64,000 nucleotides of DNA, from contig CAXXMV010000008.1 in assembly GCA_963662285.2 (NCBI GenBank), positions 1,344,001 through 1,408,000 on the forward strand. The letters are read 5' to 3'. Positions 11,266-21,078 of this stretch are shown here, piece by piece (position 1 is the stretch's first letter; the number at the start of each line of letters is the position of its first letter). The notes below the pieces were generated by a model, which saw nothing but the letters and a program-made list of their open reading frames with translations, did not search any database and was not told the origin of the DNA. The translations under genes and the position numbers were made by a program. Origin of the DNA: a bacterium. Its GTDB lineage: Bacteria > Hinthialibacterota > Hinthialibacteria > Hinthialibacterales > Hinthialibacteraceae.

Positions 11266-14200
11266 ATGAAGCCCAACAAGAACTATCTTAAATTCGGAAT
11301 TTTGCAATTTATTCCGCGATCAATATGGCTTGTGATAGTTTACATGGCGCTGTTCTTGGCCTTCTGTTCTACAATATATATAGTCGCAAGAACTTATGTG
11401 ATTAACAAAGCAGAACAAGAGATTGAGGATCTGCTGCTGCAACACCGGGGTATTCACCAATACATCCAACGAAACATGCATCCCGAACTCTACCGCCTAC
11501 AAGATGCTGGCGAAATTCTCCAGTCGGTTTATTCTCCTGTCCTGTTTTCTTCTTCTTACATGGTTCGAAATATACATAACTATTTCAATGAAGAACAAGA
11601 AAAAGCCGGTCTAGACAAGATATATTACAAGATGGCGGCTGATAATCCACGCAATCCAGTTAATAAAGCAGACCCGAAAGAACAGCAGATTTTACGGATG
11701 TTTAATGAGAACCGGGAACTAACCGAATACCGGGATATCGTTGAGATTGACGGTCGGTTGTATCTACAGTTGGCGCTCCCTTTTCTGACTACAAACAAGG
11801 ATTGCCTGAAGTGCCACGGTCGACGCGAGGATGCGCCTTCACAACTGCAAGACCTATATAAAAGCATGGGCGGCTTTGGAGATAAAGTAGGCAACATTCG
11901 GGCTATTGAGTCGATCCGGGCGCCATTGGATGATAGACTTAACATGGCGAACATCGTACTAATAGCCGCCGGCATTATCGGTCTTGGTTTTATGGCCCTG
12001 GTAGGGCTTAATTATCGGCTGCGGTCAATGGTCGCCATTCAAACAGGTAAGTTGCAAGATAGTGAAGAAAAATTTCGGGCAGCGTTCGAATCGGCGCAGG
12101 ATTGTATCCTGATCTGGGATAAGGATTATAACTACGTTTATGCAAACCAGGCTGCTATCAATCATGTTGGTACAACACGGGATAAAGTTATAGGCAAGAA
12201 CATCCGCGATGGTTTGGGGCATATTCCAGATTTCATGCATCTTTGGATGGACCGCATCGACCAGGTTTTTGAAACAGAGAAAGGTTGTTTGGTCCAGGAT
12301 GAAACAACAATAAAAGATAAACATTATTTCACAGAGTCGGTCATCACTCCTATATGCAAAGAGGATGGTAAAGTAACAGCGGTGTGTGTAGTATACCGCG
12401 ACGTCACCGAGCGCAAACAAGCGGAGAAGGAACTAGCCGCTTTCAACAAGGCCATGGTAGGGCGTGAGAAACGAATACTGGAAATGAAGCGCAAAGTGAA
12501 TGAACTCTCTTCTGAACTAGGCAGAGAACCAGTATACGACGAGAAGACCAGTGTGAATGATGATATAGAGTCACAGAAAGAATGGGATAAGGAATCAGAG
12601 CATAACTCAGATATTGGGGACATCAAACTCATAAACAGGTTCGATATGGATGCGCTTAAACATGTCTTCGAGAGTTTCTGTGATTCGGTGGGCGTTGCAT
12701 CAGCTATAATCGACCTGGATGGAAACATAATAATCAGCGCCAATTGGCAGCGTATATGCACGGATTTCCACCGCGTGAATGAGAACAGCTGCCTCAGGTG
12801 CATCAAGAGCGACACTGAACTAGCTAATCTTCTCAAGGAAAGGAAAAAGTACTCGCTATACAAGTGCCAAAACAGTATGACTGATGCTGCATCCCCCATA
12901 ATAATAGAGGGACATCACGTAGCTAACGCATTTATCGGACAATTTCACACCAGCGATCCGGATGAGAAGGTATTCCACGCTCAGGCGATTGAATTTGGAT
13001 TTGACGAGGAGGACTATTTACGCGCTCTCCACGAGGCTCCGATTATATCAGAGGAAAAACTTCCATCCATACTGAATTTTCTTACCAGCATTGCAGAGGT
13101 ATCGGGCATAATGTACCTTGACAAGTCGCGTGCAGAGAAGACCTCATTATCTCTTCAAGGGAAACAGTCAGACCTCAAGGCGCAACGACAGGCCGCCCTG
13201 AGCCTCATGGAGGATGCAAGACGGGCAGAGGATGATCTAAGGCGCCTACGCAACTACTTGTCCAACATCATCGACTCAATGCCCTCTATTCTGGTGGGCG
13301 TGGACACAGAAGGGAATGTGACGCAGTGGAATTCCAAAGCCGTACAGGTCACCAGTATTTCGCAAAAAGAAGCTGTCGGTCAACCATTGGAACAGGTCTT
13401 CCCACGCTTGACTAAAGAAATGAGACGAGTACATGAGGCTATACAAAGCCGCAAAACTCTATTAAATCGCAAGCAGATCCACAAGGAAAACAACGAGACG
13501 CGTTATGAAGATTTAACTATCTATCCCCTGATCGCCAACGGAGTTGAAGGCGCAGTAATTCGGGTGGATGACGTAACAGAGCGAGTAAGAATTGAAGAGA
13601 TGATGGTGCAAAGCGAGAAAATGTTATCGGTGGGCGGACTGGCTGCGGGAATGGCGCACGAGATCAACAATCCTCTGGCTGGCATGATACAGACAGCCGA
13701 TGTAATGAGAAATCGTCTTACTAATATGGAATTACCATCCAATCAACTAGCCGCCCAAAAAGCGGGAATATCGATGGAGGCTATTAACGCTTTCATGAAA
13801 GATCGTGACGTACCGGAGATGCTGGAGCGCATACACGAATCAGGCAAACGAGCAGCGGAGATTGTATCGAACATGCTCAGCTTCGCCCGCAAGAGCGACT
13901 CCTCTTCCTCTACCCACAATCTGGCTGAACTACTCGACCAAACCGTAGACTTGGCCGGCAGCGACTATGACCTGAAGAAGAAATTCGATTTCCGCCAGAT
14001 CGAAATCATCCGCGAATACGAAGATGTCCTGCCTCTTACGCCATGCGAATCAAGTAAAATACAGCAGGTGCTGCTCAACATCCTACGCAATGGCGCCGAG
14101 GCCATGCAGAAGGAGATGAATAATAACCGAGAATTGGATAAAAAGCCTCATTTCATTCTACGACTGGCGCACGAGCGTGAGGCAGGGATGATCCGCATTG

Positions 14201-14409
14201 AGATCGAAGACAACGGTTCGGGCATGGACGAGGCTACCCGTAAACGCGTTTTCGAGCCATTCTTTACTACCAAGCCAACCAACCAAGGCACTGGCCTGGG
14301 CCTGAGCGTATCCTACTTTATCATAACTGAAAACCACGGCGGTGAAATGAGCGTCGAATCCACTATCGGCGAGGGAACCAAGTTTATCATCCGCCTGCCA
14401 TTGGAATGA
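11266..14409 (+). CDS. Sensor histidine kinase with heme c-binding periplasmic domain (DUF3365/Tll0287-like), PAS, PocR, PAS, HisKA, HATPase
   Basis: TM; NPRNPVNKAD and CLKCHG (CxxCH); TM; PAS; NWQRICTDFHR..C and YKCQNSMTDAASPIII..AFIGQF (PocR-like); AHEINNPL; GTGLGL. Confidence 0.92.
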   Translation: MKPNKNYLKFGILQFIPRSIWLVIVYMALFLAFCSTIYIVARTYVINKAEQEIEDLLLQHRGIHQYIQRNMHPELYRLQDAGEILQSVYSPVLFSSSYMVRNIHNYFNEEQEKAGLDKIYYKMAADNPRNPVNKADPKEQQILRMFNENRELTEYRDIVEIDGRLYLQLALPFLTTNKDCLKCHGRREDAPSQLQDLYKSMGGFGDKVGNIRAIESIRAPLDDRLNMANIVLIAAGIIGLGFMALVGLNYRLRSMVAIQTGKLQDSEEKFRAAFESAQDCILIWDKDYNYVYANQAAINHVGTTRDKVIGKNIRDGLGHIPDFMHLWMDRIDQVFETEKGCLVQDETTIKDKHYFTESVITPICKEDGKVTAVCVVYRDVTERKQAEKELAAFNKAMVGREKRILEMKRKVNELSSELGREPVYDEKTSVNDDIESQKEWDKESEHNSDIGDIKLINRFDMDALKHVFESFCDSVGVASAIIDLDGNIIISANWQRICTDFHRVNENSCLRCIKSDTELANLLKERKKYSLYKCQNSMTDAASPIIIEGHHVANAFIGQFHTSDPDEKVFHAQAIEFGFDEEDYLRALHEAPIISEEKLPSILNFLTSIAEVSGIMYLDKSRAEKTSLSLQGKQSDLKAQRQAALSLMEDARRAEDDLRRLRNYLSNIIDSMPSILVGVDTEGNVTQWNSKAVQVTSISQKEAVGQPLEQVFPRLTKEMRRVHEAIQSRKTLLNRKQIHKENNETRYEDLTIYPLIANGVEGAVIRVDDVTERVRIEEMMVQSEKMLSVGGLAAGMAHEINNPLAGMIQTADVMRNRLTNMELPSNQLAAQKAGISMEAINAFMKDRDVPEMLERIHESGKRAAEIVSNMLSFARKSDSSSSTHNLAELLDQTVDLAGSDYDLKKKFDFRQIEIIREYEDVLPLTPCESSKIQQVLLNILRNGAEAMQKEMNNNRELDKKPHFILRLAHEREAGMIRIEIEDNGSGMDEATRKRVFEPFFTTKPTNQGTGLGLSVSYFIITENHGGEMSVESTIGEGTKFIIRLPLE

Positions 14410-14701
14410 TAAGATATCAATGCAACTCCCAACCACCCACCGAACTTTCCCATAGTAAAGTAGATGAAGCATCTACGATCACCGCTTGGCCGTCCAGGCC
14501 GGATTGGATGCCATCGCCGTCGATCACGTCCGGCAAACCATCAATCAAAGTTCAGCCAATATACTTTTTATCCCTTGCGTAAATTATAATGAAAAACATT
14601 TCCAATTCATTCTCCATGAGTTTGCATATCAGACAAAGCATTATGAGTTTCATAGTAATTTAACTGATCAATCCAATGCCGCATACCTGAAATGCTTGTT
14701 A

Positions 14702-15685
14702 CTATAAATCTTTTACCATTTCTCTAATTTCATCAAATTTACACCCGGCAAGAAATTTTCCATAATCGGTGAATGCGCCTTTGGATATATTGCGCCATGC
14801 AGACCAGGCGTTCCCTGTTTGGCCATACATCTCCAGTTGTTTGGAGACTAGCGCTGATTCGGCATCAATAAATTTCTGACGGGTTATGGCATCCCACTTG
14901 GGCATTTGCTTCGCCAATTCAGCCAACCTCTCGACGATGGTCAGCGTCAATTTCTCGCCATCCTTTTGAGACGCGTATTTTTTAGGATCGCGGCCGTACA
15001 CTCCTTTGTGCGGAGATTCCCCTAATTGATCCAAATCAACACTGCCCGGATAGAGATGCATCATCAGTGAGGTCTCACCCCAGGCCGCGTGATCGCCGGT
15101 ATAACTGTCATCAAGCGCCAACATATATTCCGGAGTCCCCAGTACAGGCGCTCCCAGAGCACGGCTCATACGCACCGCCGCCTCGCGCACGATTATCTGC
15201 TGTCCGGCGCCGTAATGCCCGGTCAACATTATGACCGCCTTGAAACCCTGTCGCACCGCTTCTCGGCAAAGTTGTTCGATCCAGGGACGGACAAGCGTGG
15301 AATGGGTTTCGTTTTCCGCTTCCATCACGAATGTATGCGGCTGCTCAAGTCCGCCAATACCTCCGTATAATGGCGGCGCCACCAGACCACCCGATTGCTG
15401 TGCGGCCAGCACGCAAAGGCGATGCGCCTTGAGTGCATCAACTCCGACATTATTATGATACCCATGCCATTCAATTGTTCCTAAAGGTTGATAGAGAATA
15501 GGCAGTTCTTCCATCGCTGCTTCAATCTCACGCGGCGCCAGATATTCCAACCGTACTTCGCGCACCTTATTTTCTTCAGAAGCAGATTCATCTATTTTCG
15601 AGTTTGCAGTCGCACCCACCAAAACGCCGCCCGCGACTGCGCTCCCGATAAACGCCCTTCGACCCGTAGGTTTCTCCTTCTTCAC
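14702..15685 (-). CDS. Creatininase-family amidohydrolase with Tat signal
   Basis: GRRAFIGS twin-arginine motif; PLGTIEWHGYH..GVD, GHYG and DHAAWGETSL metal and catalytic motifs of the creatininase family. Confidence 0.88.
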   Translation of the reverse strand: MKKEKPTGRRAFIGSAVAGGVLVGATANSKIDESASEENKVREVRLEYLAPREIEAAMEELPILYQPLGTIEWHGYHNNVGVDALKAHRLCVLAAQQSGGLVAPPLYGGIGGLEQPHTFVMEAENETHSTLVRPWIEQLCREAVRQGFKAVIMLTGHYGAGQQIIVREAAVRMSRALGAPVLGTPEYMLALDDSYTGDHAAWGETSLMMHLYPGSVDLDQLGESPHKGVYGRDPKKYASQKDGEKLTLTIVERLAELAKQMPKWDAITRQKFIDAESALVSKQLEMYGQTGNAWSAWRNISKGAFTDYGKFLAGCKFDEIREMVKDL

Positions 15686-15794
15686 TTTCTCTTCCTTTGG
15701 TAATTAGAATTAGTTTTCATTTTAATAATGGGTATAATATCGTAATCATGTCACAAATTGGCGTAATAGCCACAGCCGCCATACATCATTGGTC

Positions 15795-17159
15795 TTATTT
15801 CTGATCGACATCCTTCTCCCACTTGGATAAATCTGATAGCAGTTTTTTCATTAGTTCCGGGTGTTTTAAGGCAACATCATTTTCTTCGCTTATGTCTTGA
15901 TCCAGGTTAAATAATTCGGGTGAGCCATTTTTAATCCAGACCATTTTCCAGGAACCTTGACGCACGGCCCGGTCTCCATCTTTTCTAAAAAATAGAGTGC
16001 GTTGCGGCATGGATTTGTTATGGAAGAGAACAGGGCCTATCGTTGTGCCATCAATGGCATGTGAACTTTGGGGATCTGGTGGAATGGCGCCGACTAATTC
16101 GAGATAGGTTGGCATAATATCCATCGTCATGGCTGTTTCATGGGTAACGCTACCCGGTTTGATTCGACCGGGCCAGCGTGCGATAGTGGGAACCCGGTGG
16201 CCGCCTTCATAGAGATCGACTTTCTGTCCGCGTAGAACTCCATTATCAGAGACCTCGCCCTGGTGATGTCCTGCATAATGGCGATAGCCGCCGTTATCTG
16301 AAGTGAAGAAAACGAAGGTATCATCATCCAAATCATATTGCTTCAAAGCGGCAAGAATTTTTCCTACGCTTTTATCCACCTCTTCGATCATGTGCTTGAC
16401 AACTTTGGTGACGTCTTTGTGGGTGCCGAGTTTGGTAAGATTGTCATAGTTACCATTCTCTTTGCGGTAAGCGGAATCTGTGGATGTCATCCAGGGAAAA
16501 TGAATTGCTGAATGGGGAACATAGAGAAAAAAAGGCTCATCCCTATGTTGTTTGATAAAATCAACAGCATGATCAGTAATCAGGTGCGTATTATAACCTT
16601 CTTCAGGCGCCAGTTTGTCATTATGCCACCAGTCTACCAAACCCCAACGGTTAACATGAGAATGATAATCCTGCGCACTATGGAGATGACCACGGAATTC
16701 GTTAAAACCATGCTGGATGGGATTGTCGCTGGGTTGGGTTCCGAGATGCCACTTGCCGAAAATTCCTGTTGTATAACCAGACTCTTGCAGACGGGATGCT
16801 ATAGTGATTTCGTTGACGATGCCCAGACCTCTGCCATTTTGGCCGATAGGGCCTTCGATGCCCATGCGTTGTTGATAGCGTCCAGTCAATAACGCCGCTC
16901 TGGTGGGCGAGCATACCGGACCATTGGAATGAAAGTCGGTAAAACGCAATCCCTCTTGCGCCATGCGGTCGAGGTTGGGCGTTCGATTGATTTTATTGCC
17001 ATAGCATCCGATGTCGCCATAACCCAGGTCGTCAGCTACGATAAGAACGATATTAGGCTTCTTCTTGGCAGAGCAAACTTGCGGTAATGCTAATGCGGCG
17101 GAGGACAAAAGCGCTGATTTAATAAAATGACGGCGGGTTTGAGTTTGCGTGTACTCCAT
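15795..17159 (-). CDS. Arylsulfatase-family sulfatase (Cys-type), Tat-exported
   Basis: TRRHFIKS Tat motif; ADDLGYGD; CSPTRAALLTGRY formylglycine motif; GKWHLG; SDNGG; YEGGHRVP. ATG at 17159 follows a GGGGGA RBS. Confidence 0.95.
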   Translation of the reverse strand: MEYTQTQTRRHFIKSALLSSAALALPQVCSAKKKPNIVLIVADDLGYGDIGCYGNKINRTPNLDRMAQEGLRFTDFHSNGPVCSPTRAALLTGRYQQRMGIEGPIGQNGRGLGIVNEITIASRLQESGYTTGIFGKWHLGTQPSDNPIQHGFNEFRGHLHSAQDYHSHVNRWGLVDWWHNDKLAPEEGYNTHLITDHAVDFIKQHRDEPFFLYVPHSAIHFPWMTSTDSAYRKENGNYDNLTKLGTHKDVTKVVKHMIEEVDKSVGKILAALKQYDLDDDTFVFFTSDNGGYRHYAGHHQGEVSDNGVLRGQKVDLYEGGHRVPTIARWPGRIKPGSVTHETAMTMDIMPTYLELVGAIPPDPQSSHAIDGTTIGPVLFHNKSMPQRTLFFRKDGDRAVRQGSWKMVWIKNGSPELFNLDQDISEENDVALKHPELMKKLLSDLSKWEKDVDQK

Positions 17160-17364
17160 TGGATTCCCCCCTGGCAAAATGATATTGATGTATGCTGAAT
17201 ATATTAATACAATTAATTGCCCGTCAATAGGTGATTAATCTCCATTCATGTTATGATTGCTGTGCTATTATAATTTGAATAGATTAATTGTTGGAACATA
17301 GCAGGATTAATAATAGACAAATGAATAGTGATTATTCGGTTGTGAGTACTTTGTAATTATTTTT

Positions 17365-17503
17365 TGTCTGAATCTGGATAACCAGGATTTACAGGATAGA
17401 CAGGATTTTTTATCATTGGTGTTTTTTTTCTATTTTTTATAATCGGGTTATCCGGGGCGCCTATCATGTGCATCCTTTCATCCTGGAAATCCTGATTCAG
17501 ACA
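17365..17503. repeat. Long imperfect palindromic REP/MITE-like element built from CAGGAT units
   Basis: Left arm TGTCTGAATCTGGAT..CAGGAT..CAGGAT..CAGGAT mirrors right arm CATCCT..CATCCTGGAAATCCTGATTCAGACA, within the divergent sulfatase/acylase intergenic region. Confidence 0.7.
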
Positions 17504-17569
17504 TTTATTTATTCTATTTCAATTAGTGAGTATTGAAATATACCCAATCGCTTTAAGGAGCCTTAGCGC

Positions 17570-20329
17570 ATGAAACGCCTCTCAATATTTATCACATGTT
17601 TCGCATTACTTTTTCTTCTTATCTTGAACGACGTACGGTGCGATGAAAACCTTTACGGAAATATGGAACTGCTGCGCGACAGTTGGGGCGTTCCTCATGT
17701 ATTCGCAGCTACCGACCAAGGCGCCATGTACGGCCTGGGCTACGCCGCAGCCCAGGACCGCGGCTTCCAGATGTACTATTTCCTGCGCATAATTCAGGGA
17801 CGGATGAGCGAGGCGCTTGGCATCATCGATAAAAAGAAAACCAGCGGCGTCGGACAAAACAATACGCTGGAGCATGACCGGGTGATGCGTAATTTTGGAT
17901 TTGCATCAGCGGCGCAGAAAGTCATCAGCAACCTGGATGAAGAAACGCTTGGGCTGTTGGAGGCTTATAGCGCTGGCGTAAATGACTTTTTTGCCAAAAA
18001 CGCAGGCAATGAACATTATCTGTTCGAGCATACCGGGCTGCAACGCGAGACCTGGGAACCAGAAGACTGCATCCTGTCCTGGTGGCATTTCGCCCAGTTC
18101 TTCGCCAAGAACGGCCTGCGCGACCAGCCCAGTTTAACATCACCACCGTCTCCACAGGGACGGGGAGGCCGCATTGTAGTGGATGACGATGCGGCAGTGG
18201 TTCGGCTTGAGGACGTATCCGAAGAATGGATTGAGAAAGTCAACACCTGGGTGGCCGAGATGGGGATATCGCCCGGTATTCCAAAAGGACCGGAGACGCC
18301 TGATCCCAAGTTCAGCCATGCCTGGGTGATTGGCGGTGAGAAAACCACTACTGGAGCATCAGTGTTGGTCAGCGATCCCCAGACTCCGGTATGGAATCCC
18401 AGTATGCTCTACGAATTCCACGCTCAAGGCGCCACCTTCAATGCGCGTGGCGTCGGCGTAGCTGGCAGCCCGATTATTCTGATTGGATTTAATGAAGACG
18501 TCGCTTGGGGAGTAACAGCCCTGGGCGCCGATCAGGCGGATATTTTCATACTCAAAACTGATGACGATCATCCTAACCAATATCAAGTGGATGGAGAGCG
18601 GCTTGATATGACCACCCGGCAGGAGGTGATTAAGATCAAGGGTGAAGATCCGGTTGCAATGCCAATCCGTGAGACCATCTTCGGCCCTATTGTTTCCGAA
18701 TTCGTATGGCGCAATCCTGAAGGTCAGGAAGTGGCGCTGTGCCGGGTTCCCATGGCCGAAACTGACCGCGAAACCATTCAAGGCGCTCTGGGCATGATGC
18801 GCGCCCGCTCGTGCGACGAGTTCGCTGTAGCGCTGCCGGGTTGGAGGTTTCCTACAGCAAACTGCGTCTTCGGCGACAAAGAGGGAAACATCGGCTACTG
18901 GTCGCTGGGCGCCCTGCCCGTTAGGTCGAAATTGACTGGATATGATGGCGGACATGCGCAAGATGGCGGTACGCGTGATGGAATGTGGCGCGGCATGATT
19001 CCCTATGATATGCTGCCGCACTGCATAAATCCTGAACGCGGCTACCTGGTCAGCGCCAACCACCGGACCATTCAATCGTTCTACAAGGTTCCCTTCGGCA
19101 ACATGACGGGCAGTTCAGGAGACACCGACCGTGGACTCAGGATCAAAGAACAAATTCTGGAACATCTAAGCAAAGAGGATAAATTCACCCCACAAGATGT
19201 ACTGGATATTCATTATGATGCAGTGAACGTGTGGAAGCGCGAGATAATCCGCTTGGGATACAAAGTACTTAAGTCAACGCCTGATAAACTTTCGTCCAAC
19301 TCACAGCAGGCGCTTCGCTATCTTCAGAATTGGTATGAGAACGGCGCTGAAACTGATATGTCAGTCGCGGGAACAGAACTTGTAAACCTTATGAATGTTA
19401 TCTTCCGGGGTAACGTATCCCCATTGGTCAGCAAGTATGGTGGTGGAGTGGGTGGACTGGCTCGGTTCGCCAAGACGGTTCGGGCGCGGGACGCCGCTGA
19501 TCCAGACAGTGCAGTTCCTGATGATGAAACCATGTTTGTGGATATGGTGCTCAATCAGGCCTGGCAAAGAGCTCAAGCCAAATATGGACAGGACGCGGCA
19601 CAGTGGAACACGCTTGCCAGAGAAGCACAGTGCAACCAGAAAATGGGCTATATGGAGAGCCTTGACGGCTTCCCTTCTCTCGACGAAAAACACAATGTGA
19701 ACATGCCTTTACTGAAGACCATCGACGGCGCCACGGTTCTTTCGCAGCGGGCGCAATCATACACGCAATTTGTACCATTGCACAATGCCGATGAGTCGTT
19801 ATCCATACTGCCCATAGGAGCCTCGGATGATCCACGGAGCGCATACCGCTTCTCGACTTATAGCGACTGGTCGCAAGGCAGACTCCACCCGGCGCCGCTG
19901 TCGCGCAAGGCGGTAGACAAATTGGCGGTCTCTCAGGAAAACTTAAACCGTAACAAACAACAGACGCCTCAACGCAATGAGGGAAACAAACCGGATCGCA
20001 ATCGAATAAGTAATCCAGATAAACAAGAACCAACTGCCAAGCAGCCCCTGCCAGGCAAGAAACCTGATGACCCGACTTTGGAAATGGCCATTCGCTACAT
20101 GAATCGCAAGGAGCGAACCGGGCAGGAAATCAAAGATAAACTTGTAGAATTACAACAGTACATTGCAGACGACGCCGACCTGAAAACTGAATTAACCAGT
20201 GGTTTGGAATTGTTCATCCACTTGATGAGTGAATCACAGGCTGGTCGAATGCTGATACAATATGGGACGCCGGAGACGCTAAAACTGGTGGAAGCGTTTT
20301 ATGAGAAGTTGAAAAAGAAGAAGCGGTAA
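17570..20329 (+). CDS. Penicillin acylase family Ntn-hydrolase (peptidase S45) with C-terminal extension
   Basis: Signal peptide; RDSWGVPHVFA; YGLGYAAAQDR; beta-subunit start SHAWVIGGEKTTTG..DPQ; IGFNEDVAWGVT; NPERGYLVSANHR. Confidence 0.93.
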   Translation: MKRLSIFITCFALLFLLILNDVRCDENLYGNMELLRDSWGVPHVFAATDQGAMYGLGYAAAQDRGFQMYYFLRIIQGRMSEALGIIDKKKTSGVGQNNTLEHDRVMRNFGFASAAQKVISNLDEETLGLLEAYSAGVNDFFAKNAGNEHYLFEHTGLQRETWEPEDCILSWWHFAQFFAKNGLRDQPSLTSPPSPQGRGGRIVVDDDAAVVRLEDVSEEWIEKVNTWVAEMGISPGIPKGPETPDPKFSHAWVIGGEKTTTGASVLVSDPQTPVWNPSMLYEFHAQGATFNARGVGVAGSPIILIGFNEDVAWGVTALGADQADIFILKTDDDHPNQYQVDGERLDMTTRQEVIKIKGEDPVAMPIRETIFGPIVSEFVWRNPEGQEVALCRVPMAETDRETIQGALGMMRARSCDEFAVALPGWRFPTANCVFGDKEGNIGYWSLGALPVRSKLTGYDGGHAQDGGTRDGMWRGMIPYDMLPHCINPERGYLVSANHRTIQSFYKVPFGNMTGSSGDTDRGLRIKEQILEHLSKEDKFTPQDVLDIHYDAVNVWKREIIRLGYKVLKSTPDKLSSNSQQALRYLQNWYENGAETDMSVAGTELVNLMNVIFRGNVSPLVSKYGGGVGGLARFAKTVRARDAADPDSAVPDDETMFVDMVLNQAWQRAQAKYGQDAAQWNTLAREAQCNQKMGYMESLDGFPSLDEKHNVNMPLLKTIDGATVLSQRAQSYTQFVPLHNADESLSILPIGASDDPRSAYRFSTYSDWSQGRLHPAPLSRKAVDKLAVSQENLNRNKQQTPQRNEGNKPDRNRISNPDKQEPTAKQPLPGKKPDDPTLEMAIRYMNRKERTGQEIKDKLVELQQYIADDADLKTELTSGLELFIHLMSESQAGRMLIQYGTPETLKLVEAFYEKLKKKKR

Positions 20330-20500
20330 TGATAAGTAGATATGGAAACCTCTTTTTATTGCTATATAGGATTCTATTTGTTAGGACTATCGTCTATTAT
20401 AAATTGTCTTATTTTGTAAATATTACCAGTATGCTAAGATTACAAATAGACTCTATAACCTGAGAACTGATCAGATAAATGCTAACAAGGAGACCGCCAG

Positions 20501-21076
20501 ATGAGCAACGCAGCCATTCCATGTTGGAATTCTCAAGGCGTCATTCCACCAATCAATCCATCAACACCCACAATGATGGACCGATCACCTTACATTGTTC
20601 AACTGACCGATATAGTTATGCATTTTGGGATTTCTTCTCAGCGCCTTAGCATATTAGCAAGTTTCCTGGATTATCGTTCAACTCTGCATAATGCAGGACT
20701 TATCAATGGATTCCAATGGGTAAATGGAAGTTTTCTTGAAAACATAGAAACAATAGACCAGCGCTCTCCCAATGATATTGATATAGTCACTTTTTTTTAT
20801 TTACCAGATGGTATAACGCAAATAAGTTTTGTTAGTCAATTACCAGATATTTTCAGGCATGATTTTACTAAACAAAAATATCATGTCGATTCCTATTTCG
20901 TTCCTTTGAATAGTGGATCGCCCGAAACTCTCGTAGAATTATCCACTTACTGGTACAGTATGTGGTCGCATCGACGGAATGAGCAATGGAAAGGCTATCT
21001 GCAGATTGATCTTGCCCCTACAGATGATCCGACCGCCAAAGCCAATCTAGATAATATGACGAGCCAGGGAGAATAG
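20501..21076 (+). CDS. Minimal Pol-beta superfamily nucleotidyltransferase (DUF6932-like)
   Basis: WVNGSF (hG[S]) followed by PNDIDIVTF (DxD), a third Asp in HVDSYF, and the C-terminal W..R...KGYLQIDL typical of this family as I recall it. AAGGAG RBS. Confidence 0.8.
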   Translation: MSNAAIPCWNSQGVIPPINPSTPTMMDRSPYIVQLTDIVMHFGISSQRLSILASFLDYRSTLHNAGLINGFQWVNGSFLENIETIDQRSPNDIDIVTFFYLPDGITQISFVSQLPDIFRHDFTKQKYHVDSYFVPLNSGSPETLVELSTYWYSMWSHRRNEQWKGYLQIDLAPTDDPTAKANLDNMTSQGE

Positions 21077-21078
21077 CC

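Noticed and set aside
14486-14707. 73-aa ORF between kinase and creatininase
   Set aside because: TTG start, no RBS and no recognisable domain; it may be a gene remnant but cannot be supported.
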